A stretch of 64,000 nt of DNA from Acidobacteriota bacterium. Lineage in GTDB: Bacteria; Acidobacteriota; Vicinamibacteria; Vicinamibacterales; 2-12-FULL-66-21. The stretch lies in assembly GCA_046734955.1 (NCBI GenBank), contig JBKPSH010000074.1, positions 8,698 to 72,697 on the forward strand, written 5' to 3'. The position numbers were made by a program, and so were the translations under genes. The notes below the pieces were generated by a model, which was not told where the DNA came from, ran no database searches, and saw only the letters and a list, made by a program, of their open reading frames with translations. Positions 39,833 to 47,841 of this stretch are shown here, one piece after another; within the stretch, counting starts at the first letter, position 1, and each line of letters begins with the position of its first letter.

Positions 39833-40227
39833 CGCTCCCCCTCGGCGTGCTGACAGGCGCGTCGATCAGAGCCTTCAATCGCCCGCCAGATCATCCCGAT
39901 GCCGGTGCCGACGATGAGGAGCGGCCACGACGTGGTGTACCACAGCCCAAACACTCGAAACTCATTCACGAAAAACCAGAGACCGAGATAGACAAACCAG
40001 ATACCGGTCCAGCGTGATGGACGTTTTCCGTCTCGTGAGGCTGGTGGCGCAAGCAACCGGGACACACCGAACGCAATCATCACGAACGGCCACAACTTGC
40101 CCGTCAGATGGATTGCTGAGAAGCCTGTCCGATCCGCGAGCAGCGCCAGTCCTATTAAGGTGAGGATGAGACCCACGAGGACGGCGCCGCTGTCGCGACG
40201 AGGCGGTTCTTCTTCCTGATTACTCAT
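39829..40227 (-). CDS. Small polytopic membrane protein (LiaI/LiaF-type TM region, DUF5668-like)
   Basis: 132 aa with four hydrophobic segments (AVLVGLILTLIGLALLA, LWPFVMIAFGV, GIWFVYLGLWFFV, WPLLIVGTGIGMIW). ATGA-type overlap with the next gene. Confidence 0.6.
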   Translation of the reverse strand: MSNQEEEPPRRDSGAVLVGLILTLIGLALLADRTGFSAIHLTGKLWPFVMIAFGVSRLLAPPASRDGKRPSRWTGIWFVYLGLWFFVNEFRVFGLWYTTSWPLLIVGTGIGMIWRAIEGSDRRACQHAEGER

Positions 40228-40228
40228 G

Positions 40229-40379
40229 ATCCGTGTTCATTGTCGGGATCCGTTGGCCGGGATCCGGGATCCGATCCGTGTGAATCCGTGTTCTTCCGTG
40301 ATCCGTCTTTTTCCGTGGTCCATGTTCTTCCGTGTTCTTCCGTGGCCCGTGTTTTTCCGTGGCCCGTGTTCTTCCGTGG
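40229..40379. repeat. Degenerate CCGTG-TTCTT-CCGTGG tandem array in a divergent promoter region
   Basis: gatccgtgttcat...gaatccgtgttcttccgtgatccgtctttttccgtggtccatgttcttccgtgttcttccgtggcccgtgtttttccgtggcccgtgttcttccgtgg. Same family as 48712-48853. Confidence 0.85.
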
Positions 40380-40504
40380 TCAGGATACGGCGGCCCCGCG
40401 CGCGAATCCCAGTGTTTCCGGTGAACGCCCCCACCCTGCCGGTAAACGGCGTCTTGTCCACCGTAGCCATGCGCGACGGCGGATGTTTGGTAACATGGCC
40501 GCTC

Positions 40505-41971
40505 ATGCGCACCTGGCAGAAGGACTTGCGACTCTGGTCGATCGCGCTTCTTTTATGGGCACTCCCCGCCGTCACGACGGCAGCAGGGCCGCAACAGGAC
40601 GATTTGAAGACGCGCCGCAGCCACACCATGGAGAAATTGGGGCCCGAGGCGATCGCGATCTTCTGGAGCGCGCCGTCGCGCGTCTACTCCGCCGACGTCA
40701 ATTATGAGTACCGGCAGGATAGCAACCTGCTCTATCTCACCGGCATCGATCAGGAAGAGACGATTCTGGTCCTGATGCCTGGTAACGAGACGCGCAAAGA
40801 GATTTTGTTCGTGCGCGAGGCTGACGCGCGCCGTGAACATTGGAACGGCCACAGCCTGACCCCGGCCGAAGCCACAGCTGCAAGCGGCATCGAGACCGTG
40901 CTGACGCTCAACCAGTTCCAGCCGTTCATCGCCGCGATGTTTTCAAAGCGGCCGATCGCTGGAGCGGCGACCGAGTACGCGCGGTTCTTCCAGGCGCTGT
41001 CCGACGGCCGCGCGAAGCTTGCGCTGTTGCTCGAGCCGGTGACGGATCTGTCGACCCCTCCGAGCCAGACGACCGAGTTCGCGTCAAAACTGCGTGACCG
41101 CTTTTTCGGCTTCTCGGTTCAGGATTCGTCGCCGATTCTCGCCGAGCTGCGGCAGATCAAGACGACGTTCGAACAAAACGTGCTTCGCAAGAGCGTCGAG
41201 ATCTCCAGTGAAGCACATCGCGCCGGTATGCGCGCCGCCCGCGCCGGCAAATATGAGTACGAAGTCGAAGCCGCCATAGAAGAAGTCTATCTGCGCAATG
41301 GTGCGATGAGCTGGGGCTATCCGTCGATCGTCGGGAGCGGACCGAACGCGACCATTCTTCATTACGAAAAATCCAGCCGCAAGATGGAGCCGGGCGATCT
41401 CCTCCTTGTCGACGCAGCCGCGAACTATCAGGGTCTCACCGGCGATATCACTCGCACCTACCCGATCGATGGCAAGTTTTCCCGCGAACAGCGTGACATC
41501 TACGACATCGTCTATGCCGCGCAGCAGGCAGGCGAAAAGGCGGCCAGGATCGGCGGCCAGGCGCGCGACATCCAGAACGCATGCGACGAAGTGCTCCGCG
41601 CCGGGCTCGTCAAACTCGGTCTCGTGACCGATGGCAGCGGAATGCAGTTCAAAATCTGGGCGACGCACGGGGTAACGCACTGGATTGGAATGGACGTGCA
41701 CGACGTCGGCGTTCCGCGCAAAGCGCTCGACGCCGGCATGGCGTTCACCATCGAGCCTGGGATCTACATTCGTGAAGCGGCGCTGAACGATCTGCCGAAG
41801 ACACCGGAGAACGCGGCATTCGTCGAGAAGGTCCGACCGCTCGTCGCGAAGTACAAGAACATTGGTGTGCGGATTGAGGATTCTTACCTGCTGACGAAGG
41901 ATGGACTCGAGCGGCTGTCGAGGTCCGTGCCACGCACGGTTGAAGAAATCGAAACCTTCTTGAAAAGGTAA
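40505..41971 (+). CDS. Xaa-Pro aminopeptidase (M24B, aminopeptidase P family), secreted/periplasmic
   Basis: ORF track 40226..41971. ATG 40505 gives the signal peptide MRTWQKDLRLWSIALLLWALPAVTTAAG. AMP_N region, then M24 metal-ligand motifs (LLLVDAAANYQGLTGDITRT, HWIGMDVHD, FTIEPGIY, GVRIEDS). Confidence 0.85.
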   Translation: MRTWQKDLRLWSIALLLWALPAVTTAAGPQQDDLKTRRSHTMEKLGPEAIAIFWSAPSRVYSADVNYEYRQDSNLLYLTGIDQEETILVLMPGNETRKEILFVREADARREHWNGHSLTPAEATAASGIETVLTLNQFQPFIAAMFSKRPIAGAATEYARFFQALSDGRAKLALLLEPVTDLSTPPSQTTEFASKLRDRFFGFSVQDSSPILAELRQIKTTFEQNVLRKSVEISSEAHRAGMRAARAGKYEYEVEAAIEEVYLRNGAMSWGYPSIVGSGPNATILHYEKSSRKMEPGDLLLVDAAANYQGLTGDITRTYPIDGKFSREQRDIYDIVYAAQQAGEKAARIGGQARDIQNACDEVLRAGLVKLGLVTDGSGMQFKIWATHGVTHWIGMDVHDVGVPRKALDAGMAFTIEPGIYIREAALNDLPKTPENAAFVEKVRPLVAKYKNIGVRIEDSYLLTKDGLERLSRSVPRTVEEIETFLKR

Positions 41972-41974
41972 CGG

Positions 41975-42015
41975 CCTTTCCCTTTTGCCTTTTGCCTTTT
42001 CCCTTTTGCCTTTTT
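41975..42015. repeat. Pyrimidine-strand (CCTTTTS)n tract between convergent genes
   Basis: cctttcccttttgccttttgccttttcccttttgccttttt, complementary to the purine tract at 43479-43512. Confidence 0.8.
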
Positions 42016-42580
42016 ATTTCGGCGGCAGGCCCGCTGCGATGCGGGCCTTCTCGAGTTCCGCGAGCGCCTCCTGAACTTCCTTCCGCGCAGCTTCGCGTTC
42101 GCGGTCCGCTTTGGCCTCCTGGAACTTGTGAACCGCTTTCTGAAGCGCCCACTGCAGCGCGAATGACGTGGCCGCCACCGTCGCCGCTTCCTTATTGCTG
42201 AAGGCGGCATATCCCTGCACATCCTTCGGGGTGACCAGGTCGAGGAACTCCTGGTGCGTCATCCCGCCGGAGGCCGGCACCGGTCCCTTCAGGTAGTCGG
42301 GCCCCAGGATGTCCTCGATGGTCAGCCTTCTCGCGACGACCTCGACGCGGAAAACCGTCCCTTGTGTCTGCAGTTTGATCGCGGGCGGGTCCGACAACTT
42401 CTGGCGGATCCGATCGACTGAGACCGGTAACTCACCGTCCGGTGTGTCCGTCGGTGTGGCGGCAATGGTTGTGTCACCCTGGAGGGCAGGAGTCGGGGCC
42501 GGCTGCCTCTCTTGAGGCATCGCGGCCGTCACGGCGGCCGTCAACAGTAGAACAGGGAGCGCGAACATCCGCCTTCTCAC
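42014..42580 (-). CDS. Hypothetical secreted protein
   Basis: 188-aa ORF with the signal peptide MRRRMFALPVLLLTAAVTAA. C-terminal charged helix. No recognised family. Confidence 0.55.
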   Translation of the reverse strand: MRRRMFALPVLLLTAAVTAAMPQERQPAPTPALQGDTTIAATPTDTPDGELPVSVDRIRQKLSDPPAIKLQTQGTVFRVEVVARRLTIEDILGPDYLKGPVPASGGMTHQEFLDLVTPKDVQGYAAFSNKEAATVAATSFALQWALQKAVHKFQEAKADREREAARKEVQEALAELEKARIAAGLPPK

Positions 42581-42663
42581 TTAGGACGACAGACCAGCCG
42601 TCCCAGCCTCTTTATATGCAATATGACGGCTCAAGGCCTAAGGCGCAAGGCTCGACTGGGCAC

Positions 42664-42669
42664 TATAAT
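42664..42669 (+). promoter_or_regulatory. Candidate -10 box (TATAAT) upstream of the orphan ABC ATPase gene
   Basis: A perfect TATAAT about 75 nt upstream of ATG 42744, in a GC-rich intergenic region. No convincing -35 was found. Confidence 0.25.
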
Positions 42670-42743
42670 GAGAAACCGATCCTCTTCACGAGCCGTCTAA
42701 CCGTCGAGTACCGGCACGATTCACAGAAAGGGTCCACGAACTC

Positions 42744-43478
42744 ATGGCTTTTTTTTCGAAGGCGCCGCAACCGGCAGTAACCGCGCAGAATGAGGTAGCC
42801 CTTGCGCCGAACGCGCTGATCGCGCTTCGCAATATCGAGAAATCGTACGCCCACGGCACCAGCCGCACCTACGTGTTGCGTCGCATCAACCTCGACGTCA
42901 AGGAAGGCGAGTTCATCTCGATTATGGGACCGTCGGGCGCCGGCAAGTCGACGCTGCTACACATCATCGGCATGCACGACAGTGCATGGACGGGCGAGTA
43001 CTACTTCCTCGATCAACCGGTACACAAACTGGCGGCGAAGGATCGCGCCAAACTGCACAAGCAGTACATCGGCTTTGTATTTCAAAGCTACCACTTGCTC
43101 GATCACCTGACGGTATATGAGAACCTCGACATCCCCCTCTCGTACCGCGACATCAAGAAATCGGAGCGCGAGAGCATGGTGTGCGACATTCTCGATCGCT
43201 TCGCAATCGTCGGCAAAAAAGATCTGTATCCGAATCAGCTCTCAGGTGGCCAGCAGCAGCTGGTCGCCGTCGCCCGCGCGGTGATCTCGAATCCGAAAGT
43301 CATTCTCGCCGATGAACCGACCGGCAACCTGCATACCAGTCAGGGCAAAGAGATCATGGAGCTGTTCAAGAAACTGAATGAAGCTGGGACGACGATCATC
43401 CAGGTCACGCACTCGGAGACGAATGCGGCGTATGGAAGCCGGGTCGTGAATTTGAGAGACGGATGGGTCGTCGATTAA
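42744..43478 (+). CDS. ABC transporter ATP-binding protein, MacB/LolD/FtsE-type (no adjacent permease)
   Basis: Walker [10 protein letters not shown], signature [14 protein letters not shown], Walker [12 protein letters not shown]. Matches the ATPase subfamily that normally partners FtsX-domain permeases. Confidence 0.85.
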   Translation: MAFFSKAPQPAVTAQNEVALAPNALIALRNIEKSYAHGTSRTYVLRRINLDVKEGEFISIMGPSGAGKSTLLHIIGMHDSAWTGEYYFLDQPVHKLAAKDRAKLHKQYIGFVFQSYHLLDHLTVYENLDIPLSYRDIKKSERESMVCDILDRFAIVGKKDLYPNQLSGGQQQLVAVARAVISNPKVILADEPTGNLHTSQGKEIMELFKKLNEAGTTIIQVTHSETNAAYGSRVVNLRDGWVVD

Positions 43479-43550
43479 GGGAAAAGGCAAAAGGCAAAAG
43501 GCAAAAGGGACAAGGAAAAACGTAAATTTTCCCTTGTCCCCTTGCCTTTC
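43479..43550. repeat. Purine-strand (GGCAAAA)n tract followed by a hairpin, between convergent genes
   Basis: gggaaaaggcaaaaggcaaaaggcaaaa, then gggacaaggaaaa-acgtaaa-ttttcccttgtccc (stem with one bulge). Abuts both stops (43478 and 43550). Confidence 0.8.
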
Positions 43551-43930
43551 TACCAGCGCGGTTCTTTGCGCCGACCGCCGCTGAAGTCTCCATCGTCGTA
43601 GCTGCGATTGCCGCCGCCACCACCGCCGCCGCCGCGATAACCGCCGCCGCCCCCGCGGCCGCCTCCGCCGAAGCCGCCTTCAGGCTTCGGACGCGCTTCG
43701 TTCACAACCAGCGCGCGTCCCTCCATCTGCTGTTCGTGGAACTGGCTGATCGCTTTTTGTGCTTCCTCGTCCGTGCCCATCTCAACGAAGGCGAAGCCGC
43801 GAGCTCGACCGGTCGCCATGTCGCGCATCACGCGGACGCTGTCGACCTTGCCGACGCGGCTGAACATTTCGGTGAGCTGATCTTCGGTCGCGGAGTACGG
43901 AAGGTTGCCGACGTAGAGTCTCCTGCCCAT
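43550..43930 (-). CDS. RNA-binding protein with RRM (RNP-1/RNP-2) domain and Gly/Arg-rich tail
   Basis: RNP-2 LYVGNL, RNP-1 RGFAFVEM, C-terminal GGFGGGGRGGGGGYRGGGG. Confidence 0.9.
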   Translation of the reverse strand: MGRRLYVGNLPYSATEDQLTEMFSRVGKVDSVRVMRDMATGRARGFAFVEMGTDEEAQKAISQFHEQQMEGRALVVNEARPKPEGGFGGGGRGGGGGYRGGGGGGGGNRSYDDGDFSGGRRKEPRW

Positions 43931-44210
43931 CTGTCACTTACTCCTGCCCTAGGCAGCCTGACCAGCCTCGGCCGAAACTTCGGCAGAGCGCCGGAGCGTG
44001 GGAATAGCCGGAGGGGCTGCGCTACAAAGATGACGCGCAATTGTTCTGACAAGGAGCGGACCGCGCGCCCTGGACCACTCTCGCCGAAATGCGCTCGCGG
44101 ATTGTTCCGAACAGCAAGAATCGGGCTGCACAGACAAGGGGCGGGCTCCCATTCGGCCGGGAGTATAGCAGAATGCATGCCGCGACTTTGCAGCGTACAA
44201 AACCTCATCC

Positions 44211-45089
44211 GTGACAATCTTTACCAACGTGCGGCCTCACGTTACAGTGGCAATCGTGCGTACGGTCGTTACGGTCTTCGTCGCTACCTCGGCCATGCTG
44301 TGCGCGTGTGTGCGGTCGCAGCACTATGACCTGCGCGGGCAGGTGCTTGCCGTCGATCGCGGTCGTCAGGAAGTCACGATCAAGCACCAGGACATTCGTG
44401 GATTCATGGCCGGGATGACGATGCCGTTCAAGGTTTCCGATCCGGGGCTCTTGAACGGGTTGGAAGCTGGCGATCTCGTTGAGGCCACACTCGTGGTGAA
44501 GGATTACACGGGGTACCTGACGGCGTTGCGGCGCACCGGGCACGAAACACCCGCTCCGTTGGAAACGCCTCCCATCGCCGTGCTGCAACCGGGCGACCGA
44601 GTACCGGATGTCCGGTTGGTCGACGAGACAGCGACAGCTCGGGCGATCGCGGACTGGCGAGGAAAAGTTCTTGTCGTCACGTTCATATACACACGCTGTC
44701 CATTCCCGGACTTTTGTCCGAGGATGGACCGGCAGTTCAAGACCGTGCAGACAGATGTTTTGGCCGACCCGCAGCTCCGCGATCGTGTCGCGCTGTTGTC
44801 GGTCACGTTCGATCCCGCGTTCGATACGCCGCCAGTTCTCGCCGCGCATGCCAGGCAGCTCGGTGCCGATCCCCGCCTCTGGCATTTCGCAACCGGAGAT
44901 CGCGAGGCGATTGAGGGCTTCGCCTCTCGCCTCGGCGTCTCGGTCATTCGCGAAGGCACGAACGCGGAAAACGTGACGCATAACCTGCGCACCGCGGTGA
45001 TCGGATCAGACGGGACACTGCGCACCGTGTTCAGCGGCAACGAGTGGACTCCGGCGCAGCTGATCAATGCCGTGAGACACGCCGATTGA
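44211..45089 (+). CDS. SCO1/SenC-like thioredoxin-fold protein with an N-terminal CusF-like metal-binding beta domain
   Basis: N-terminal VLAVDRGRQEVTIKHQDIRGFMAGMTMPFKV (Met-rich, CusF-type). Then GKVLVVTFIYTRCPFPDFCPRM and a SenC-like remainder. Confidence 0.7.
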   Translation: MTIFTNVRPHVTVAIVRTVVTVFVATSAMLCACVRSQHYDLRGQVLAVDRGRQEVTIKHQDIRGFMAGMTMPFKVSDPGLLNGLEAGDLVEATLVVKDYTGYLTALRRTGHETPAPLETPPIAVLQPGDRVPDVRLVDETATARAIADWRGKVLVVTFIYTRCPFPDFCPRMDRQFKTVQTDVLADPQLRDRVALLSVTFDPAFDTPPVLAAHARQLGADPRLWHFATGDREAIEGFASRLGVSVIREGTNAENVTHNLRTAVIGSDGTLRTVFSGNEWTPAQLINAVRHAD

Positions 45090-45781
45090 GCGCCGCGCCG
45101 ACGCCACCGATTGGCGCGGTGCGCCCGCCGTGGTCGGCATTTACTCCACGCGAGCGGCGCATCATCCGCCGTCTGCGAACGCCACTTCAGGTCCAGCGTT
45201 TTTTGAACGCGCTGCCGTACAACACCGAGCCGCCGCCGAAGGGAGCGACACAGCGCACCTTTCGCGGCGTCATCGCTCATAACTCTGCGCATTGTCTGGA
45301 AGCGGCGCTGAGCGCGGCCGTGATCCTCGAGCAGCACGGTTGGCCGCCGCTGGTGATGTCGTTCGAATCCATCGACGAACTGGATCACGTCATCTTCGTC
45401 TATCGACAGAACGGCCGCTGGGGATCGGTGGCACGATCGCGGGACCCGGGACTGCACGGCCGTAAACCCGTCTTCGCGACACCGCGAGCGCTCGCGCTCA
45501 GCTACGTCGACGAATACGTCGACTTCACCGGACGCATTACTGGCTACGCAATCGCCGACCTGCGCGACGTCGGCAACTACGACTGGCGACTCTCTTCAGG
45601 GAATGTGTGGAAGGTCGAACGCATGCTGCTGGAACTGCCGCACCGGCGGCTGCACATCTCCGACGTGAGGATCGATCGCCTGCGAAAACACTATCGTGAA
45701 TACCGCGCGCGCTACGGCCGCAAGCCGGTGTATTACAAGCGCATGGACAGGTGGACTGAACTGCCGAGGGAGTTTCTGTAA
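45044..45781 (+). CDS. Hypothetical protein, possible transglutaminase-like cysteine-peptidase fold
   Basis: 245-aa ORF whose start is uncertain (overlaps the SCO gene by 46 nt). Spacing of AHCLEAAL (Cys) ... DHVIFVYRQNGRWGSV (His) resembles the Cys/His core of transglutaminase-like proteins. Inferred from the pattern only. Confidence 0.45.
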   Translation: MDSGAADQCRETRRLSAAPTPPIGAVRPPWSAFTPRERRIIRRLRTPLQVQRFLNALPYNTEPPPKGATQRTFRGVIAHNSAHCLEAALSAAVILEQHGWPPLVMSFESIDELDHVIFVYRQNGRWGSVARSRDPGLHGRKPVFATPRALALSYVDEYVDFTGRITGYAIADLRDVGNYDWRLSSGNVWKVERMLLELPHRRLHISDVRIDRLRKHYREYRARYGRKPVYYKRMDRWTELPREFL

Positions 45782-45808
45782 TCAACAATCGGCAATTTCA
45801 GCGAGTCG

Positions 45809-46108
45809 TTAATCCAAATCGAAGTCTCTCGTGGGCTTTGTGATCGGCTCGGTGTTGGCCTGCTTGAGCGCTTCCTCGAATCGCTTCGACAGCGCATCGC
45901 CCCGGGTTCTCTCCGCAGCAACTGATTGCTGAAAAATATCTTCGCGGCGGCGCGCCTGTTCATCGAGCAGGCGATGCGCGTCGCTCAACTCCGGAATCTC
46001 TCCGCTCGGCGGCTCCACGTGCCGGACGATCCGCCGAAGATTGACGTCGATTACCAGCGTGGAGCGGCAGCACGGGCAGGTGGTTTCGAATTCAGACTTG
46101 AGAGCCAT
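45809..46108 (-). CDS. Hypothetical small protein (CPCC motif N-terminus, charged helical C-terminus)
   Basis: 99-aa ORF with GC3-rich codon usage. No recognised family. Confidence 0.5.
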   Translation of the reverse strand: MALKSEFETTCPCCRSTLVIDVNLRRIVRHVEPPSGEIPELSDAHRLLDEQARRREDIFQQSVAAERTRGDALSKRFEEALKQANTEPITKPTRDFDLD

Positions 46109-46123
46109 GGCGTTGATCCTTGC

Positions 46124-46159
46124 AATTGGTGAATTGGTGAATTCACCAATTCACCAATT
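46124..46159. repeat. Perfect 36-bp palindrome of (GGTGAATT) units
   Basis: aattggtgaattggtgaattcaccaattcaccaatt, centred on GAATTC. Overlaps the stop of the 46143 gene and lies 15 nt upstream of the next minus-strand start. Confidence 0.9.
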
Positions 46160-46499
46160 TCTTATTGCGGTTATCGAGCTCCAGCTTCACTTCCTCCCCC
46201 TGGGCATCTGTCGCGGTGACCTCGACCCTGAACACGAACTGTCGCGACACATCGTAACGCTGCCCGAACGCGGTTTGAAACTGGCTCAGCGGTGCGGCCA
46301 TCCGGCTGCCCGCCGCGAGCGACGGTGTGCCGCCACGAAAATGATCGTTGACGGTGACGACGACGTTCCGCCAATCGCGCGCCGTTTGATTGTGAATGGC
46401 AACGATGTTGTCATTGACCTCGATCGGCCCCGGACGCGGCTTGCACGCGGCGTGAATCAGCCCGAGGACCAGGAGCCCGCAGCACAGGCGCCGTACCAT
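46143..46499 (-). CDS. Hypothetical lipoprotein
   Basis: ORF track to 46652. ATG 46499 gives MVRRLCCGLLVLGLIHAACKP (lipobox-like). The last five codons (KLVNW) are encoded by the palindrome. Confidence 0.55.
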   Translation of the reverse strand: MVRRLCCGLLVLGLIHAACKPRPGPIEVNDNIVAIHNQTARDWRNVVVTVNDHFRGGTPSLAAGSRMAAPLSQFQTAFGQRYDVSRQFVFRVEVTATDAQGEEVKLELDNRNKKLVNW

Positions 46500-46575
46500 C
46501 GGATTATGATATCCCCATGCGCCCCGACGGCCGGTCGACGGCCCTACTGCCTGCTGGTTCGGGAACGTCGCGCTG

Positions 46576-47841
46576 ATGTTCTGGCTGTCGGTCGCCGGGG
46601 CGGTCTTTCTCACCTGGCTGATCCTCGTGTTTCTGTTCACGCCGGGGATCAATTACCACTTAGCCGCACGGACGTCGATTCACGAACGTGACTTTCTTTA
46701 TACCCTGCAGTCGACGTGTCAGGCCGCGCTCCATCACGGCAACGCGGTGACGGTTTTCACCAACGGCGTCTCCTTCTATCCCGCAATGCTGAGCGCCATC
46801 GGCGGGGCGACACGCTCCATCAACATGGAGCTGTACATCTTTCAGCCCGGCAAGATCGCGGACCAGTTCGTCGCCGAACTCTCGGCCAAGGCACGTGCCG
46901 GTGTGACGGTGACGATCGTGGTCGACGCGATCGGCAGTCTCTCACTCTGGGGACGACCGGTCAGACGCCTCCGCCGCGCCGGCTGCCGGATCGAGTCATA
47001 TCAAAAGCTGCGCTGGTATTCACTCGCGCGGCTGAATAACCGAACACACCGTGAACTGCTAATCGTCGACGGAAAGGTTGCCTTCATTGGCGGCGCCGGA
47101 ATTGCCGACTGGTGGATTTATCCCTCGTTCAAGCGCATGCGCTGGCACAAACCATGGCGCGACACGATGCTGCGCATCGAGGGGCCGGTCGTCGCGGCGT
47201 TGCAGGGGGTCGCCGCTGAGAACTGGCTCGAGTGCTGCGGCGAAATTCTGGCCGGTGCAAAATACTTCCCCACTCTGACGCCGGCTGGCGACACGACCGC
47301 ATTCGTCGTCAAGAGCTCCCCCTCGGATCGCGCGACCGCCTCGCGCGTGACATTCCAGACGCTGATGGAAGGCTCCGATCATTCAATCCACATCAACACC
47401 CCGTACTTTCTCCCCGATCGATCGCTGCGGCGGGCGCTGATGGAGACCGCACGCCGCGGCGTGAAAATTACGGTGATCGTGCCCGGCCGGAACACCGATC
47501 AACGATGGGTGCGGCTGGCGAGCCGCCGCATGTGGGGTCGACTGCTCGAAGCAGGGGTTCGAATATTCGAGTACCGAAGCACGATGATTCACGCCAAGGT
47601 GCTGATCGTGGACGAACTCTGGTGCGTGCTGGGCACGACCAATATTGATAACCGATCATTCGAACACAACGACGAGGTGAATATCGCGATGCGGGATCGC
47701 GCACTGGCGATGAGACTGCTTGAAGACTACGTGCGCGACGTCACCGAGAGCGAAGAGATCACGCTGGAGCGCTGGAGGCGCCGGCCCTTCTGGGAAAAAG
47801 TCGTCGGTCCGTTCGTCTGGATTCTGGAGCGGCAGCAGTGA
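46576..47841 (+). CDS. Phospholipase D family protein (cardiolipin-synthase-like), first HKD motif degenerate
   Basis: N-terminal TM. Motif 1 reads THRELLIVDG (H-x-E instead of H-x-K, codon GAA 47053-55). Motif 2 is intact, IHAKVLIVDELWCVLGTTNIDNRS. Confidence 0.8.
   Translation: MFWLSVAGAVFLTWLILVFLFTPGINYHLAARTSIHERDFLYTLQSTCQAALHHGNAVTVFTNGVSFYPAMLSAIGGATRSINMELYIFQPGKIADQFVAELSAKARAGVTVTIVVDAIGSLSLWGRPVRRLRRAGCRIESYQKLRWYSLARLNNRTHRELLIVDGKVAFIGGAGIADWWIYPSFKRMRWHKPWRDTMLRIEGPVVAALQGVAAENWLECCGEILAGAKYFPTLTPAGDTTAFVVKSSPSDRATASRVTFQTLMEGSDHSIHINTPYFLPDRSLRRALMETARRGVKITVIVPGRNTDQRWVRLASRRMWGRLLEAGVRIFEYRSTMIHAKVLIVDELWCVLGTTNIDNRSFEHNDEVNIAMRDRALAMRLLEDYVRDVTESEEITLERWRRRPFWEKVVGPFVWILERQQ

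Noticed and set aside
40226-40504. N-terminal 93-codon extension of the aminopeptidase ORF
   Set aside because: The extension translates the CCGTG repeat array (…SVIRLFPWSMFFRVLPWPVFFRG…). A normal signal peptide begins at ATG 40505.
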